In this document: one piece after another, positions 59,705-64,000 of the stretch | Position numbering within the stretch: position 1 is the first letter of the stretch | Layout: every line of letters begins with the position of its first letter | DNA from: Chiloscyllium plagiosum | Lineage: Eukaryota | Reading direction: 5' to 3' | Assembly (NCBI RefSeq): GCF_004010195.1 | Contig: NC_057750.1 | Location: 16,842,726 to 16,906,725, forward strand | DNA length: 64,000 bases | Notes under the pieces: model-generated | What the model was told of the DNA's origin: nothing | The model's database searches: none | The model's input: only the letters and a program-made list of their open reading frames with translations | Position numbers and translations under genes: made by a program

Positions 59705-61984
59705 ATGTAGCGTTGTATCCTGCCAACTAATTTAAATAATAACATTTTCTATAACTGTATCATGTTTTAACTTGGCAAAAAAAGCTATTAGATTTTGGAG
59801 TGGGGATGGCAAGAGACTTCTTAGTTTAAAATTAAGAAACTAAACTTGAAAGGTATGAGAAGTTTCAGCTGCGAGGATCGATTGAAGAAGTTGTGACTGT
59901 TCTCCTTGGTTAGAAGAAGCCTAAGAGGAGATCTGATCGAGGTTTTCAAAATCGTGAACGGACTGGACAGAGAGAAGCAACTTCTGCTTGTACAAGAATT
60001 CGATTGAATCAAATACTATGGCAGGATGAGAACCAGGTCACCAGAACATTATGATGGTTGAATAGTCTAGTGATAATACCACTAGGCCAACGCCCTCTGT
60101 GAGTTTTTATGGCTCGGGTTTTGATCTTTTACACAAGTAGAAAAATCTTTGCCATCACGCCATCCAACTCTGCCATCATTTTAACAACCTCTATTAGGGA
60201 GTCAGTCAGCCTCCTCCAAAGCCAAGTAAAGACACCCAGCCTGTTCTGCATTCCCTGGTGATTGTTACAAAAGGTAATGACTCAAAAAGCAATAATGTTG
60301 TAGCTCGGTTAAGCTTCACCCAATCTGGTGATGAATCATAGTTTTCCAGTAGGGAATTGGCAGTTGAGCACAAGTTCCTGATGGAGACAGACATGTCATC
60401 TCTGGCTCCCAATGGTCTTTGTAATATGCCTAACTAACTAGTACCTATTACTTTCATACAATAAACTCGGTCTTCTTTTGAGAAGGGTATTTATCGAGAT
60501 GAGTAAGAGATGACTTGATTGAAATTAGATCCTGAGGAGCCTTGACTGGGTGGATAGACAAAGGATGGAAGAGCATAGAATTTGGAGCCATTGCTTGTAA
60601 AGATGAAGTCAGCCATTTAAAGCAGAGATGAGGTTAAAAAAAAAAGGTTTCTCATAAGTCTTTGAAACTTTCTTCCTGAAAAAGTGGGGGAAGCAAGGTC
60701 GTGGAATATTTTTAAAGTGGAGCTTGATTGATTCTTGTTAAACTCATAGGTGAAAGGTTATCAGAGTTGACAGTAATATAGATTCAAGGTTACAATCAGA
60801 TCAGCCATGGTCTTATTGGACAGCAGAGCAAGGAGAAAGGGCCAATGGTCTACTCCTGCACCACAAATAATGGCACAAAGGACCAGTACGGAAGGATGGA
60901 GGAAATGGGAGCACCCACCGTTCAAAACAATCAATCATTGTGATCAGGCTCCACGATGTACAGTTATAATAGATTGAACAAGTACTCGAATATTAATTGC
61001 GGTATCAGAAAAATTTCAGAGTACATTTAAAGCAACAAGAGGGCTATTGAAAAGATTTTGAAGACAGAATAGAAGAAAATTGAAGAACTGAGAAATTATG
61101 ATAAGATCAGGGCATTTATATTTTAAACTGTGAATTTGGCAGAAAGATTAATTAAGGCTGCAGCCACAAACTTTAAAATTATGCAAAGTTTTAGACCCTG
61201 AAAAGCAGAACATATCCATTTTGAGCATGAAGAAGCAGGAATTCGCCATTTTGGCTGCAGAAGGCAGAAAACCTCCACCATTTTGATTGTTAAAAAAAGG
61301 GGGGAGAAACTCCTCTCTCTCAGCAAAATGTGAAGAGACACAGTATTGCTGTTAGCAAACTTTATAATTTAGAAGAATTAAAATACAACAGCAGTGGCAT
61401 AACACAGAATTTAATTCTTGATTAGAAGACAAGAATAAAATCTATTCCAGCAATGTTTTAAGTGCTTTCAGTCAAAAAAAAATGGCAGATTGCTATTAGA
61501 GAGAGCTTCAAAGTTTGAAGAAACTTCAAGAAAATTAATAGTATTAATTCATTGCAAGATTACTAGTTTTAAACCTATCAGTCTGGATCGATTACAGAAT
61601 CATTAAATCTTTGAGGAAAATAGGATAAACCGCATCGAGATGTTGCAGATTTAAAATAATAAGAGTAAACAATCAAACAAGAAGAAATCGAAAGATAAGC
61701 AATATTCTCAGTAAAATTAATGTCAAGGATGGAGCAAACAGGACACAGGATTGGACATCTTGTTGAAAGTAGGGAATTTTTCAGAGCAGTAAAAATACAA
61801 TGCTTATTTATGCAAAGAGGTTATTGCAGCATAACCTCCTCTTTTAGAAAAGATATCCCAAGAATTCTTAGGGATGAATGGTGATTTAACCAATTTAACT
61901 TTGACAAAACTTGTCATTAGACAAACTACAGTATTAATGTCAAAGTTGATTCAGTGCTGACATAGGTCACTGTCCTATCAGATC

Positions 61985-62570
61985 TGTCATGGACCAGGCT
62001 AGACTCCCTCAAAACAGTTTAAGAAGGTATCCCTAAATTTTTCTTATTTTAAAGGCAGATGTATGGTGAATATTCCAGGACTGATGCAGCTGCACTTTAA
62101 GCAATACAGAATTTATTTACACACTATGGTTAATACACAAACAAAAGAAAACAGAATTCAGAATAACTTAACTGTTTGGAAACATAACTGACTCGAAATC
62201 GCAACTTAATGAAGGAGATGTTTCTTTTAATGTACTCTTGAAATTTTTCCAATACCGTGATATCCCAAAAACACACCCGTTAGCAAATGGTAAATTCAAA
62301 CATTGGTTCTTACAGGCAGGAGAGATTGCAGAGAAAAGAGTCAGGCAAGAAACATCTGTTGAAGCATGGAACCTTTTCACATAGTAACAACTTCTCTGCT
62401 GCAGTAGATTCTGACTGCCTGGTAAAACAAACCAAACTAGAAAAGAACGTGAACTGGGAGAACTGGCCACTTCCCTGCCTTTGTTTAAAGTAGCCACATT
62501 CAGACATATCAGCACCTCTGCCTTTACGCCCCCTCTCAAAAAAAATGACAAAATAACCTTGTTATAGCAT
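61985..62570 (-). mobile_element. Probable solo LTR related to 32837-33990
   Basis: TGTCATGGACCAG terminus matches the reverse complement of ...CTGGTCCATAACA at 33990; shared TTTAAAGGCA and CAAACAAAAGAAA blocks; right boundary uncertain. Confidence 0.5.
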
Positions 62571-63499
62571 TGGCACAGATTAAATACCAGGGCTGCAGTA
62601 ATAGAAGTTATAGCCTATAGAAATGAGACTGCAGATGGAAAATCTCTCGAGCAAGAAATGCTGCGAGTAACGTTGCAATAAAGAAAGTGTAAGTGAGTTG
62701 AAAATGTGTACATAGTTTGTAACCAGCACGTCTTACTTTTGAGACTACACATGTGTCTTGACCTCAACATTCTTAAGGTAGCACAGAGAGTTCAATTGGT
62801 TTCATGAAAATAATTGGTTCAGAAATTGTTGCTGTTGAACCACTGAAAGGGCAACCATTGGAAGATTTCAAAGTGCTTCCTAAACTCATGCTGGGACCCT
62901 AAAAGAAGGTAGAATCTATTGATGTAATGGTGACCATCAACAGGAAAGAAGTTATAGATTTTACAGGCATGGTAACAAGTGCAGAAGGGCTAGTAAACAA
63001 TTGCAGATACCGAACGATGGATCCCAGATGGCCTCTGTACAACAAGGCAGGATTGAAACAAAAACACATCCTTTTATAATTGTTTATACCTTCCCTTTTG
63101 TGGAAAGGAGAGATTCCAGTCAGTCAGATGGTAGATTTCTGTTCAAACAAAGTTTTATAATGCAGGTCAGGGGCAATGGGTGACAGCAAGACATGGTGGA
63201 GATATTGGCAAATTTCTCCTTTGGACTCAGTTGATTTGTAATGGAAGTATTTCAGCATCCTTTGAGCTAAAATTGGACACTGATGAACTAAAATCTGAAA
63301 GTTTTTATATTGTAGCGTAATCTGGATCAATACACAACTTCCCACTCTGTCACAAGCAGAGAAATTAAACCCGTCGTGAGCAATGTACAGACCACACGTT
63401 ACAGCCACAGTTAAAGCACTGGAGTCTCATCATCTGTCACTCCATAAGGTACAGGCCATTCAGCCCTTTGAAGCTGTTCTGCCCTTGCTGCCAATCATG

Positions 63500-63722
63500 T
63501 CGTGGGGGAGCACTTTGGGGCCAGCGAACATAACTCTATTAGTTTTAAAATAGTGATGGAAAAGGATAGACCAGATCTAAAAGTTGAAAATTTAAATTGG
63601 AGGAAGGTCTATTTTGACGGTATTAGGCAAGAATGTTCAAAAGCTGATTAGGGACAGATGTTCGCAGGTAAAGGGATGGTTGGAAAATGGGAACCCTTCA
63701 GAAATGAGATGATGAGAGTCCA
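63500..63722 (+). mobile_element. CR1 ORF2 internal fragment (end of APE domain)
   Basis: Matches 20367-20585. Confidence 0.85.
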
Positions 63723-64000
63723 CATACCCAACAAAGAAACAGCCTTAACTGGCTCTGACCAATCAGGTATCAAAGTGGCTTTAAAATTGGCTGTGGGAAG
63801 ATGGCCACCTCAGTGACCAATGACAGAAGTAGCAAGGCAGAGCATTGAATTGGGAACCCAATACTGAACTGAGGGAGATCAGCGTTTGGGTCTAGGGGAA
63901 CCTTCAAACTCCGCAGCCCCACAATTAATGTTGAAAAAATAAATATTGTGCATTAGTGTGAAATAATATTCTGCATTTATGATCTCGTGATGAAAAGACA

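Noticed and set aside
60850..63420. A-rich stretches around the probable solo LTR as a decayed retroelement coding region
   Set aside because: No motif could be read with confidence; needs a translated profile search.

Overview
Eukaryotic, repeat-dense vertebrate DNA, almost certainly from a shark or other elasmobranch (HE1-type SINEs, CR1/HER1-type LINEs). It holds one real gene, which the ORF track does not show: a complete 7-exon calcineurin B homologous protein gene, most like CHP2, on the + strand. The CDS is join(24702-24768, 28579-28651, 36503-36583, 37033-37157, 39761-39822, 42432-42554, 46132-46185), 585 nt, 194 aa, with all introns GT-AG and phase-consistent. Most other ORFs are decayed retroelements: CR1-clade LINEs (two near full-length, with SGNH-esterase ORF1), Rex1/Babar and Tx1-like LINE remnants, HE1 and other SINEs, probable solo LTRs and one Tc1/mariner-type MITE. 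The most interesting non-genic signal is about 20 short, often palindromic insertions from two families. They carry the minimal hammerhead ribozyme core (CUGANGA-stem II-GAA-palindromic tetramer-H) and 11-15 bp target-site duplications, and one copy is joined to a GIY-YIG endonuclease fragment. They are therefore Penelope-like element pLTR derivatives, a known class of system. One intact motif lies in sense orientation in CHP2 intron 2. Also present: a long inverted duplication in CHP2 intron 6, a 46/92-bp hairpin-bearing higher-order tandem repeat and two assembly gaps. I found no clearly unprecedented system. Transposon boundaries are approximate and family names come from recognition, not database search.
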